Positions 29,064-38,016 are shown, numbered from the stretch's first letter. The stretch is 60,506 nucleotides of DNA from an uncultured Gammaproteobacteria bacterium (GCA_964470645.1 CAYYDP010000002.1:1-60506); one strand, 5' to 3'. Numbers and translations: made by a program. Notes: generated by a model not told the origin, from the sequence alone.

Positions 29064-29450
29064 CTATGGGAGAAGAGATTGAACGCACGCGAAGATTTCA
29101 CTTGGGGTCGTATTGATTTTTGTGAGATATCGTGAAACGTGAAAAGTGTTCGCGCGGTCAACATACGACCCATCGTCCACATTGGTCAGCATAATCACCG
29201 GAACGCTCGCTCCCCACGGATCGTTTCTCAATTTCTCCAACACCTCAAGCCCACTCATCCGGGGCATGATAATGTCCAACAAAATAATGTCGGGATGCTT
29301 CGAGAACGCGAGTTCCAGCCCCTGAACTCCAACGATGGCCGCAATTGCCTCAAGCCCTTCCAGCATGAATTTTTCCACAAGCATTTTCAAAATCGTTTGT
29401 TCGTCCTCAATAATGAGGACACATTTTTTTGTTGGTTTTTTTGATGTCAT
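29064..29450 (-). CDS. Stand-alone response-regulator receiver domain (CheY-like)
   Basis: VLIIEDE, DIILLDIIMPRMSGLEVLEKLR and VPVIMLT are present. ATG at 29450 avoids overlap with the MFS gene. Confidence 0.8.
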   Translation of the reverse strand: MTSKKPTKKCVLIIEDEQTILKMLVEKFMLEGLEAIAAIVGVQGLELAFSKHPDIILLDIIMPRMSGLEVLEKLRNDPWGASVPVIMLTNVDDGSYVDRANTFHVSRYLTKINTTPSEIFACVQSLLP

Positions 29451-29497
29451 AAACGGGTTAAGAAACATTCGATCAGCTACATGGCAGTACTTACGCA

Positions 29498-30661
29498 TTA
29501 TAGCACGCCGTACAACAACGCTGCCAGTCCGGCAAACACGAACAAAGGAATGTATGATCCCGTCAGATGCCACAAGAACATACACACAAGAATTGCGAGT
29601 ATTTTACCGATGATCAACGCCATTTCAAATACCATAACACGGTTCATAACCGAGTTCGCACGCGCCTCTTCGTAGGTAATGGAGACTAACGGTACGCTCA
29701 CAATATTTTTTGTGACTCGTGAAAGCGTGTCAACAACAAACACACCAACCGGGGTTTGCGCGAGGAAGCGTAAAAACCACACAAATGCGTAAAGTACGGA
29801 TCCTGATTTAAGAATGTGGCGCTTGTCTTTCGCGGCATCCGTTTGTTTTCCAATATAAAGAGTTACCAAGAGCGTCACAAACGTTGCAGCGGCAACAACA
29901 ACACCGACGTTAAAAAACGACTTCACGGTGATATATACAAACGTCGGCCACACAACAAGTACGACGAATTCTTCAGCATACCCAAACGACGCGAAGGTTG
30001 CGCGCCAATACTCCTTGGTAAACAGTCGTTTGTAGGATTCAAAATAATTAAATGGTGCGGGTGTAAATTGTTCGGGGACCATGTACAGCGGAATATTTGA
30101 AACCAAAATCAATACCGAAACAATCACGAACAATGTTTTAAAACCAAGAACGGTGATAATGACGCCGCTCAAAAATGGTCCAACGATATACACAATGGAT
30201 GAAATCACAACGAGATTTGAAATTTCTCTGCTTTCTTCGGATTGTTCAGAAAAACGAGCGAAATCGGCGTGGTATCCGGGCCAATAAAACGTTTTTTGAA
30301 TGGCGTAACACACCGCGGCAACAGCGATCCAAATGAGATTGTGATTTGCCGCCGCGAAAAATGAGAGATATAGCCCGATTAAAAACGGCGAGCTGATCAT
30401 GATTGACTTTTCATACCCGTATCGTTTAGCGAACCGCGCGCCAAACGGTATGAGCACGAAATACAACGCATACACCGCAAGATAGAAAAGTAATATCTGG
30501 GAAAGATCGAAGCCGATCGAGAGAAGATAAATAGGCTCAAAAATCATGACCATGGCGAGCGCCAAATCCATGATGGCTACCGATTCATAGAGTCCTTTCA
30601 CTTGTTTTGAAAGCGAGTGAGGGAACAGAGCCGATAAATTATACGAAAGACGACGAAACAT
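29498..30661 (-). CDS. MFS-type transporter
   Basis: About 12 hydrophobic segments are present. ATG at 30661 is preferred over GTG at 30679. Confidence 0.6.
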   Translation of the reverse strand: MFRRLSYNLSALFPHSLSKQVKGLYESVAIMDLALAMVMIFEPIYLLSIGFDLSQILLFYLAVYALYFVLIPFGARFAKRYGYEKSIMISSPFLIGLYLSFFAAANHNLIWIAVAAVCYAIQKTFYWPGYHADFARFSEQSEESREISNLVVISSIVYIVGPFLSGVIITVLGFKTLFVIVSVLILVSNIPLYMVPEQFTPAPFNYFESYKRLFTKEYWRATFASFGYAEEFVVLVVWPTFVYITVKSFFNVGVVVAAATFVTLLVTLYIGKQTDAAKDKRHILKSGSVLYAFVWFLRFLAQTPVGVFVVDTLSRVTKNIVSVPLVSITYEEARANSVMNRVMVFEMALIIGKILAILVCMFLWHLTGSYIPLFVFAGLAALLYGVL

Positions 30662-30689
30662 GAATATAGTATACACCACGATCCAAAGT

Positions 30690-31934
30690 TCAGCTACCCA
30701 ACCTCAGTCCTGGATCACGTTCAAGTCTTGAGACGTTTTTCACAAATTGTTTTCGCTTTACCCTATGAAATGCCGCAATCGCGATCATCGCGGCATTATC
30801 GCCAAGCAACTTTTTATCGATTGGATAAACGACCTCTATTTCAAATGGTTTCATTGCTTTACGAATTTCAGAACGGACAAGTTTATTCGCAACCACACCA
30901 CCACCGAGCAACAGCCTTGTAACCTGTAACTTGTAACCTGTAACTTGTAACTTTTTAATAGCCAATGTGGTTTTCTGTACCAAATGTTCAACAGCGGCTC
31001 GTTGAAATGAGGCACATAAATCACAAATTAGTTTTTTGGTGAATTTTCCTTTGGGAGAGATCTTTTGCAACGCGTACAATACTGAAGTTTTGAGCCCAGA
31101 ATAACTGAAGTCACATGTTTTAGACTTTTCGAGCGGCACAGGGAATGGATATTTGTGGGGATTCCCCTCTTTAGCAAGCTCTTCCACAATCGGTCCTCCC
31201 GGGTATCCAAGACTGAGCATTTTCGCAACCTTATCAAACGCCTCACCAACTGCATCATCGAGTGTTTCACCAATGATTTCATATTTTCCATGGTTTTTCA
31301 TAAGCACGAGTTCCGTGTGACCACCTGAGATGAGAAGACACAAGACTGGAAAATCCGAAGCACGGAGCACGAAATCCAAATTGGACTTGAGTTTTGAATT
31401 ATTGGTTTGTTTCGAATTTCGAATTTCGAATTTCGAAATTACTCCAACTCGTTTTGCGAAGTTGGAGTAGATGTGTCCTTCCATATGATTCACTGCAACC
31501 AAGGGTTTTTTATACAACCTTGCGAGTTCTTTTGATTTCTCAACGCCGATTTGTAACGCTGGCGCAAGCCCCGGCCCGTAAGTTACAGCGAAGACATCTA
31601 CATCTTGTAACCCGAAACTTGTAGCTTGTAACTTACCCTGCCCCCTCCTTACGAAGGAGGGGATTGAGGAGGTGCTTTTGGATTTGTAACTTGATATTTG
31701 TTTGTGATTTGGGATTTGTAATTTGGAAATTGAAATATTGGCGCGTTTGACTGCTTCCTGGATCACCGCGTCAATACGTTCCTGGTGCGCCCTCATGGCG
31801 ATCATTGGAACAACGCCTCCATATTTCTTATGAAGTTCCACCTGACTTGAAATGACATTGGAAAGAATCACGTCATTCCAAGTAATCGCAACCGAGGTCT
31901 CGTCGCACGATGTGTCTATTGCTAAAATCAACAT
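30690..31934 (-). CDS. tsaD: tRNA N6-adenosine threonylcarbamoyltransferase
   Basis: MLILAIDTSCDETS, VTYGPGLAPALQIGV, VNHMEGHIY and GGGVVANKLVR are present. It is about 75 aa longer than usual because of three in-frame repeat insertions. Confidence 0.9.
   Translation of the reverse strand: MLILAIDTSCDETSVAITWNDVILSNVISSQVELHKKYGGVVPMIAMRAHQERIDAVIQEAVKRANISISKLQIPNHKQISSYKSKSTSSIPSFVRRGQGKLQATSFGLQDVDVFAVTYGPGLAPALQIGVEKSKELARLYKKPLVAVNHMEGHIYSNFAKRVGVISKFEIRNSKQTNNSKLKSNLDFVLRASDFPVLCLLISGGHTELVLMKNHGKYEIIGETLDDAVGEAFDKVAKMLSLGYPGGPIVEELAKEGNPHKYPFPVPLEKSKTCDFSYSGLKTSVLYALQKISPKGKFTKKLICDLCASFQRAAVEHLVQKTTLAIKKLQVTGYKLQVTRLLLGGGVVANKLVRSEIRKAMKPFEIEVVYPIDKKLLGDNAAMIAIAAFHRVKRKQFVKNVSRLERDPGLRLGS
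30916..30953 (-). repeat. Heptanucleotide tandem repeat (CTTGTAA/CCTGTAA x5) inside tsaD
   Basis: Plus strand reads cttgtaa cctgtaa cttgtaa cctgtaa cttgtaa ctt. It encodes KLQVTGYKLQVTR. Confidence 0.9.
31410..31437 (-). repeat. Heptanucleotide tandem repeat TTTCGAA x4 inside tsaD
   Basis: Plus strand reads tttcgaa x4. It encodes FEIRNSK. Confidence 0.9.
31604..31740 (-). repeat. Composite in-frame insertion in tsaD: heptamer repeats + GC-rich hairpin element + degenerate heptamers
   Basis: The first part is cttgtaa cccgaaa cttgtag cttgtaa (31604-31631). The hairpin element follows: taccctg + cccctcctt acg aaggagggg + attgaggaggtg (31634-31674). The last part is 7-nt periodic gatttgt aacttga tatttgt ... 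(31681-31738). Confidence 0.85.
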
Positions 31935-31981
31935 AACAATAACATAACAGATGCCCGCCCCGTACCGTCCGCCTCAGGCGA

Positions 31982-32029
31982 CTGGTGCGAGGTTTCGTTG
32001 TATGATGTGTCAATAGCAAGGATGAACTT
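31982..32029 (-). repeat. Fragment resembling a tsaD/tsaB 5' terminus
   Basis: The minus strand translates as KFILAIDTSYNETSHQ, compared with the tsaD start MLILAIDTSCDETSVA. It has no start codon and lies about 47 nt upstream of the tsaD ATG. Confidence 0.55.
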
Positions 32030-32067
32030 ATCTTTAACTTATACATACATCATAAAAAAGTTATTCA

Positions 32068-32096
32068 TTGACAACAAATGTTGTAGGGTCTACTAT
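32068..32096 (+). promoter_or_regulatory. Sigma70-like promoter for the HTH-M20 gene
   Basis: TTGACA (32068-32073), a 17-nt spacer, then TACTAT (32091-32096). Confidence 0.55.
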
Positions 32097-32115
32097 GTTG
32101 TATATATCATTGTAT

Positions 32116-33570
32116 ATGCACTATCGTTTATTGGAAAACATCAAAGAACGACTTCAGTCGCACCCTCATCAAAAAATTTATCTTCGTGAATTAGCACGAG
32201 CACTTCATTTAGACCCTGGAAATCTTTCTCGAAACGTCCAAACATTGATTGATCAGGGTCACATTTCGAAACATAAAGAAGGTAACTTGACCTACATTAC
32301 TCTTCCTGATCAACAAAAAACAATTACTCGAGACGCGTCCGCGGTGGATGAGATTATTCGTAGCGCAGAACATTATCTCAAAGAACACGAACAGGAGATG
32401 GTGAAGCTCTGCCAGACCCTTATTCGGATACCTTCCGTATCTGGTGAAAATCCTGAGGAAAAAATCGCGCAATATATTTACCAGAAATCGCGCGAATATC
32501 ATTTATACCCACGGATCGTCGCGAAAGAACGAGATCGGCCAAACCTTGTGATTGAAACGGAGTCAAAGCGCCAAGCATCAAAACAAAATTTTTTATTTTT
32601 AGGACACATGGACACAATTGGACCTGGGGAAATTGAGAATTGGCACTATTACCCATTTTCCGGCCACGTTGCTGGTAACCATGTGTATGGACGAGGCGCA
32701 GTTGACATGAAGGCAGGAATTGTTTGTGAGTTATTCCTTCTCCGAGTATTGAAAGAGCTCAACATTGAAACGTTAATTCAGCCGCGATTACTCCTTGTTT
32801 CAAACGAAGAGGGGGGTTCGACGGCAACAAAAATTTTTAACGTTGGAATGGAATACTTAATTGAAGAAGGATTCGTAGAAGGAGTAGGGGCCATTTATGG
32901 ATACGGTGGTACATATAACGTAGGAATAGGACATCGTGGAGTGCTCAGGGTCAAGATTTCAACGAAAGGGCATTCAGTCCATTCGGGTAGTGTGAAATGG
33001 CAGTCAAAAGAACGGGGCGCAAATGCGGTTACCGGCATGGCTGAAATTCTACTCGCGCTAGAAAACATCAAACTCCCCGAAACAACGCACCCCAGCTTTC
33101 CTCGACATGGCAATGTCATCACGCCAGGTACCATGATCCTCCACGGAGGCACGGCTGTGAGTACGGTCCCTGATTTATGCGAGAGCGTTGTTGAAGTTCG
33201 CTATCTTCCTAGCCTTTCAATCAAACGAATTTATCATCAGATTCGAGAAATAGCAGAGTCGATTGCTCGAAAGCGAGGTATCAAAGTTGAGCTCGAAACG
33301 TTTGTGGACATTCCCGCAGTATCGTTATCGCCGTCAGAAAAGCTTGTTGAAACAGTGAGCTCAGCTTGCGAACAAATCTATCAACAAAAAATTACCGCGC
33401 GTGGTACTGGGCCTGCAAACGAAAGTTTCATGTTAATCCAAAAGGGAATTCCGACGGTTATATTCGGACCTCTTGGCGGAAAGGCGCACTCAGACAATGA
33501 ATTCGTGGAGATACCTACTCTCAAAAAAACCATTCTCGTGTACCTGTTGACTTTACTTAACTATTCCTAA
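32116..33570 (+). CDS. Fusion protein: N-terminal ArsR-like wHTH + M20-family metallopeptidase (ArgE/DapE-like)
   Basis: The N-terminus is IYLRELARALHLDPGNLSRNVQTLIDQGHISKHKEG. The M20 motifs are FLFLGHMDTIGPG and VYGRGAVDMKAGIV. Confidence 0.8.
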   Translation: MHYRLLENIKERLQSHPHQKIYLRELARALHLDPGNLSRNVQTLIDQGHISKHKEGNLTYITLPDQQKTITRDASAVDEIIRSAEHYLKEHEQEMVKLCQTLIRIPSVSGENPEEKIAQYIYQKSREYHLYPRIVAKERDRPNLVIETESKRQASKQNFLFLGHMDTIGPGEIENWHYYPFSGHVAGNHVYGRGAVDMKAGIVCELFLLRVLKELNIETLIQPRLLLVSNEEGGSTATKIFNVGMEYLIEEGFVEGVGAIYGYGGTYNVGIGHRGVLRVKISTKGHSVHSGSVKWQSKERGANAVTGMAEILLALENIKLPETTHPSFPRHGNVITPGTMILHGGTAVSTVPDLCESVVEVRYLPSLSIKRIYHQIREIAESIARKRGIKVELETFVDIPAVSLSPSEKLVETVSSACEQIYQQKITARGTGPANESFMLIQKGIPTVIFGPLGGKAHSDNEFVEIPTLKKTILVYLLTLLNYS

Positions 33571-33678
33571 AAAGGAATTTTTGCTATTCATGTATCCTGT
33601 ACAAATAAGTACAGTATAACGCCATGACCAGCACACAAAGATCGGTGCTCAACGATTGTCCCACAGCGGATAATATTA

Positions 33679-34695
33679 TCACTTCTTCTTCAACAAATTC
33701 AATATAAGCTTGATAATCACATCTTTTTGAGCTGGTTTACTTTCGGCAACGAGAAGCGCGAGGGCAACTAGGGCGTTGTCATTAATTTTCTTTTCACCGT
33801 TTGCATTGAACAAATGACGATTGCGCGCGAGATAGAGAATGAACAAAAATGATCCGATCCGTTTGTTTCCGTCCACAAACGGATGATCTTTGATAATGAA
33901 GTACAACAGATGCGCTGCTTTTTCTTCAATACTTGGATAAAGCACTCGCCCACTGAACGACTGTTCAATATTCCCCAAGATCCCGGCAAGCGACCCTCTC
34001 TCCCGTTCGCTTCCAAAAAAACTGGTTGCTTCTTTGCGCGCCCGAAGGCTTTGCGCCAATTCTTCAATTGCTTGGTATGCCTGGCCCGCAACAAGCACAT
34101 ACCTCGTCCGCTTCGTCAGCCGTTCTCCCGACAGTGTCCCTTGGTCGTACTGATGCAACAACAACCATGAATCGGCATAATCCGTAATAACCTGAACCAA
34201 TCCCACTGCCTCATCTCTGTTCAAATAGTTTTGCGCGACCGTTGTCTGAAGAAGTGCTATTGCCTGTTCAAGTTCTCTTAATTCCTTGCCGCGCTTTTCT
34301 TCAAGACGTTTCTGGTTAATGGTGAAGCCTTTCAAGATGTGGTCTCGAAGTACGCTCGTTGCCCATACGCGAAACCGAGTGCCTTCCTGAGACTTTACCC
34401 TGTACCCCACGGAAATAATGACATCCAAGTTATAGAAATTTGTATCGTATTGCTTGCCATCCTTGGCAGTTATCCGGAATTTCCGGATAACTGAGCTTTG
34501 GCTAAGCTCACGCTCTTTAAATGTGTTTTTGATATGCTCATTTACGGTTCGAATGTTCTTGTTGAACAAGAGAGCCATCTGGGCTTGGGTGAGCCAGACA
34601 GTCTCTTCCATCAATCGAGCCTCAACCGACACGTCTTTCTGCCGGCTTTGATAAAGAATGATTTCAGTTGATGACGGTTTGGGGAGTTGTTTCAT
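33679..34695 (-). CDS. RhuM-like N-terminal domain fused to Fic/Doc domain
   Basis: The N-terminus VWLTQAQMALLFNKNIRTVNEHIKN ... VISVGYRVKS is RhuM-like. The C-terminal HPFVDGNKRIGS is a Fic/Doc motif. Confidence 0.75.
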   Translation of the reverse strand: MKQLPKPSSTEIILYQSRQKDVSVEARLMEETVWLTQAQMALLFNKNIRTVNEHIKNTFKERELSQSSVIRKFRITAKDGKQYDTNFYNLDVIISVGYRVKSQEGTRFRVWATSVLRDHILKGFTINQKRLEEKRGKELRELEQAIALLQTTVAQNYLNRDEAVGLVQVITDYADSWLLLHQYDQGTLSGERLTKRTRYVLVAGQAYQAIEELAQSLRARKEATSFFGSERERGSLAGILGNIEQSFSGRVLYPSIEEKAAHLLYFIIKDHPFVDGNKRIGSFLFILYLARNRHLFNANGEKKINDNALVALALLVAESKPAQKDVIIKLILNLLKKK

Positions 34696-34721
34696 AACAC
34701 TAGCAGTATATCACACGTTTA

Positions 34722-35117
34722 CTACGATCCCGCATAATTCGTCACGACCATCAGACAACTTCCATCAGCAACAATTTCAATTCTGTTTTGTTCCGCGACT
34801 TGAACCAACTCTTCGCTCTCAGCTCCGGGCTGACACCAAATCTTTTTGATTCCAAGTTTCACCACTTCTTCCACCACTTCAATTCCCCGCTCTGGCGGAA
34901 TGACCAAGACCACGACATCTGGCTTCGATGGAATCGCTGACAAATTCGGATAACACACAACTCCATCAATGAGTTGATACTTTGGATTCACGGGAACCAC
35001 ATGAAATCCTTTGCGTTTCAAATTATCAAACACAATCCATCCATATTTCTCATGATTTTCCGTCGCGCCAACAATGGCATAGGTAAAAGATGGATTAATA
35101 AATGAATGGTGATTCAT
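34722..35117 (-). CDS. CoA-binding domain protein (YccU-like)
   Basis: YAIVGATENHEKYG, VVPVNPKY and KIWCQPGAES are present. Confidence 0.7.
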   Translation of the reverse strand: MNHHSFINPSFTYAIVGATENHEKYGWIVFDNLKRKGFHVVPVNPKYQLIDGVVCYPNLSAIPSKPDVVVLVIPPERGIEVVEEVVKLGIKKIWCQPGAESEELVQVAEQNRIEIVADGSCLMVVTNYAGS

Positions 35118-35140
35118 GTAATAATGATAACACCCTAATA

Positions 35141-35168
35141 AATAGAAAAACAACCCAAATGGGTTGTT
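35141..35168 (-). terminator. Intrinsic terminator
   Basis: The stem is aacaaccc/gggttgtt with a 4-nt loop, followed on the minus strand by UUUUU. Confidence 0.6.
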
Positions 35169-35193
35169 TCTCCTGTATTCACTTTATAAAACC

Positions 35194-35232
35194 CTACATC
35201 TCCGGCGAATCCGCTGAAGGGCCGTAGATGGG
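35194..35232 (-). repeat. Duplicated 3' terminus of the DinB-family gene (gene fragment)
   Basis: It aligns with 36828-36862. It is identical except for one substitution and a 3-nt indel, and includes the stop codon (IYGPSADSPEM* versus IYGPSADTEM*). It lies 3 nt from the T7 stop. Confidence 0.85.
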
Positions 35233-35235
35233 AAC

Positions 35236-35988
35236 CTAAACAGGCTTAGCTGTTTTCCAAAGCAACTCGAAAGAATCGAGGTAACTTTTAGCGATGGGTT
35301 TGTTGCGAATTTGAATCACCACAATCTGTGGATGATACATCTCGATGGAAACCATCTCTTGATTGATGCGGGTATAGGTCGGCGAAGAAAGACCCGTAGG
35401 GACAATTCGCAACTCCGCAAATTTTTCCGCAATGAATTTCTTTTGAAACTCATGAGAATAGGATTCCGGCGCGATGAGCCGTTTTTTGACTCTGTGTGCT
35501 TCTAGCAGATGAACATACGTTGGGTACCACTCCCCGACTGCTTCATAGAAATCAACATCGGGTGCACCCCCAATAATACACATTTCTTTCTTTGCTTGTA
35601 GTGCGCAGGATTCGATCATTTCAGTGAGATTCGTCTGAAACCCCTCATTCCCAACCAACGTCCGTACGTTCACCACATCCGAAAGTTGTTGCTGGAGCTT
35701 TCGAAGCTCTGGAACCACAACCTCCGCTTCCAAACTAAGCTTTTTGGTTTTTTCTAACAAAACACCGGGGTCAGTTGGTTGAAACAACTGAACGGACTTT
35801 TTATGAATCACTGTTGCTAACCCTTCATCAACCAAACGATTGAGCGCATTATATACAAGCATTCGATGGAGTTTCGTAGTTTTTACAAGCGGACCCGCCT
35901 GGGTGAGCCCGCATTTAAGGAGAGCGAGGTAGACCGTAGCCTCATTTTTCGCTAACCCAAGATTTTCGAGTAATTTTGATGTGTTCAT
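35236..35988 (-). CDS. TrmB-like regulator, paralog T7
   Basis: The wHTH is LAKNEATVYLALLKCGLTQAGPLVKTTKLHRMLVYNALNRLVDEGL. Confidence 0.8.
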   Translation of the reverse strand: MNTSKLLENLGLAKNEATVYLALLKCGLTQAGPLVKTTKLHRMLVYNALNRLVDEGLATVIHKKSVQLFQPTDPGVLLEKTKKLSLEAEVVVPELRKLQQQLSDVVNVRTLVGNEGFQTNLTEMIESCALQAKKEMCIIGGAPDVDFYEAVGEWYPTYVHLLEAHRVKKRLIAPESYSHEFQKKFIAEKFAELRIVPTGLSSPTYTRINQEMVSIEMYHPQIVVIQIRNKPIAKSYLDSFELLWKTAKPV

Positions 35989-36031
35989 ATACTCAGAGTA
36001 TAGCAACAATCATCATTGTCATCAATACCCA

Positions 36032-36059
36032 TTGACAAACTTAATCATTATGATATTAT
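36032..36059 (+). promoter_or_regulatory. Sigma70-like promoter for the methyltransferase at 36084
   Basis: TTGACA (36032-36037), a 16-nt spacer, then TATTAT (36054-36059). Confidence 0.5.
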
Positions 36060-36083
36060 ACTGTCATAAATATTTTATGACAT

Positions 36084-36776
36084 ATGTCTAATATAAAAGC
36101 GTACGCAATAACTTCACGGGAGAAGGATACCTATCAACACATCGGGCGTGAAATGAAAGAACAAATCGGGGAAAGTGACATATTACAACATTGGGAGATA
36201 CGCGCCCAAAGACCAAATGTACAATCGGTAATGTCTGCCCGACACAGTCTTGAAGAAAATATACAAGCAACAGAACGGTTACAAAAAGACATACTCGATT
36301 TTTTAGGTGACCTGCATGGGAAACGAATATTTGAGTTTGGGTTCGGTATCGGACGTATGACCGAATTTCTAGCGCAACGGGCACGAGAAGTAGTAGGAAT
36401 AGATATCTCCCCTACTATGATGAGCCGTGCTCAAAAAGTTCTGAAAAACCAAACGAATATACAACTTTTACTCGGGAAAGTAACTGAACTCAATTTGCCA
36501 CCAAAATCTTTTGATCTTGTATTCGACTGTATTGTCTTACTTCACATTTTGAATCCCGAGGAGCTCCGAAGTACTATTGCGGCGCTTCAAAATTTGAGTG
36601 ACAGTATATTCATTACCGAACATACATTTGAGGGGCAGGATTCCCCCATTTCGAAATACTCTATTCTCCGGGAACCCGAAGAGTATCAGCGACTATTCGA
36701 ACCATTCAAACTCGTAAAACAAAAAGATGTTCGCTGTGTGGGTGATCGCTTTACCATGATGTTGTTTCAGAAATAA
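36084..36776 (+). CDS. Class I SAM-dependent methyltransferase
   Basis: It carries motif I IFEFGFGIGRMTEFLAQRAREVVGIDIS. Confidence 0.75.
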   Translation: MSNIKAYAITSREKDTYQHIGREMKEQIGESDILQHWEIRAQRPNVQSVMSARHSLEENIQATERLQKDILDFLGDLHGKRIFEFGFGIGRMTEFLAQRAREVVGIDISPTMMSRAQKVLKNQTNIQLLLGKVTELNLPPKSFDLVFDCIVLLHILNPEELRSTIAALQNLSDSIFITEHTFEGQDSPISKYSILREPEEYQRLFEPFKLVKQKDVRCVGDRFTMMLFQK

Positions 36777-36803
36777 AAAACCTCCCATAACGAGAGGTCT
36801 TTG
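36775..36803. terminator. Bidirectional hairpin between the methyltransferase and the DinB-family gene
   Basis: The stem is acctc/gaggt. It is preceded by an A-run on the plus strand, which reads as UUUUUU on the minus strand. Confidence 0.45.
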
Positions 36804-36827
36804 TGAATTTCAAGCGATTCCCCAACT

Positions 36828-37316
36828 CTACATCTCCGTATCCGCTGAAGGGCCGTAGATGGAAGGGACTTTGCCGCCCATGGCGCGAAGATGGGTTGAG
36901 ATTTGCCCTCGGTGATGAATTGCGTCATGAAGGAACATCCAGAGCATTCCCCCAAGCGGCGCTTTCCAGGGCTCTTTGCCACCCAGAAGCGTTGCTTCCG
37001 AATCCCATTTTTCATCAGGCATCGCGGAAACGATTTCCTGAACCTCTTTCATGGTTTTTTCAAGAAACGCGTAAGCATCTTCTTTCGACAGTGGTTCCCA
37101 TTTTGGGGCATTACCGAAATCCACCATCCCTGTTTCGGCTATTGATTTTACTGCGGCTGCCTCCGCAGCAAGGGTGTTCACAATTTCCATTGCGGTTTTC
37201 GACTTTGGATCTGGTTTGTAGTCCGTGTGTTCGTTTGGTACTGCTTCAAACACGCGTTTGAACGCAGGCAGTTCGTTGGTAACGGATTGCACGTACCATT
37301 CTTTTGCATTCATCAT
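36828..37316 (-). CDS. DinB-family (DinB_2/YfiT-like) protein
   Basis: FLHDAIHHRGQISTHLRAMGGKVPSIYGPS is typical of DinB-family four-helix-bundle proteins. Confidence 0.7.
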   Translation of the reverse strand: MMNAKEWYVQSVTNELPAFKRVFEAVPNEHTDYKPDPKSKTAMEIVNTLAAEAAAVKSIAETGMVDFGNAPKWEPLSKEDAYAFLEKTMKEVQEIVSAMPDEKWDSEATLLGGKEPWKAPLGGMLWMFLHDAIHHRGQISTHLRAMGGKVPSIYGPSADTEM

Positions 37317-37461
37317 AATTCTAATGAAAAACAATTTCGCGAATCAACCCCAGTAGTAGAACCTTGCACGGTTCACAACGGGACAGACGCATTTTAGTTG
37401 ATTGATTATTTAATTTCGACGTGAGTTAGAGTATAGTCAAAACAAACCCAGATAGCAAGGA

Positions 37462-38016
37462 CTAAATCTTGTCTTGTTTCATGTTGAGCAAGTATCCGAT
37501 GTACGACACAACAACATGAAGTATGATGCTAGAGATAACCATGACAATGAAGTGCACGGGGTCGGGTTGATAAAGCGGAAGCAGAAACACAATCATGCCG
37601 ATCACATAATCGAGCTGATCATACGGAAACCACGATTTACCTGAAGCAACACCGATTCTGCGTTTAAAAAAACTCTTAATCAAATCTCCAATCAGCGCCC
37701 CGAATCCAAGCAAAAAACCCAATAACACAATCGATGTAGTCTGATAATTGACGAGACTTATATTGCGAACCCATTCAGATAACCCAAACAATTCGCGCTG
37801 GAGAACCGTGAAAGCTAAGGCGCACGCGACCCCAAAGAAAAATCCACGATATGTCTTATGGCTTCCAAAGAGCGGTTTTCCACGCAGCGTTTTTCCGAAA
37901 TCAACTGGAATATTGAGTATGGGAACGCGCTGAAACCAAATCGGTGCCATATTCGCAACGTAGCCAGGAAACAAGAGCCACGCGCTTTCCGCAATCATTA
38001 TCAAGAGTTTTTCCAT
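37462..38016 (-). CDS. CDP-archaeol synthase-like protein (CarS/DUF46 family)
   Basis: PVDFGKTLRGKPLFGSHKTYRGFFFG, GALIGDLIKSFFKRRIG and PYDQLD match the CarS family pattern as I recall it from archaeal sequences. Confidence 0.75.
   Translation of the reverse strand: MEKLLIMIAESAWLLFPGYVANMAPIWFQRVPILNIPVDFGKTLRGKPLFGSHKTYRGFFFGVACALAFTVLQRELFGLSEWVRNISLVNYQTTSIVLLGFLLGFGALIGDLIKSFFKRRIGVASGKSWFPYDQLDYVIGMIVFLLPLYQPDPVHFIVMVISSIILHVVVSYIGYLLNMKQDKI

Noticed and set aside
1374-31740. Whether the short tandem repeats could be a CRISPR array.
   Set aside because: The units are 7 bp and directly abutting, with no spacers, and they lie inside ORFs. No cas genes are seen in the window.
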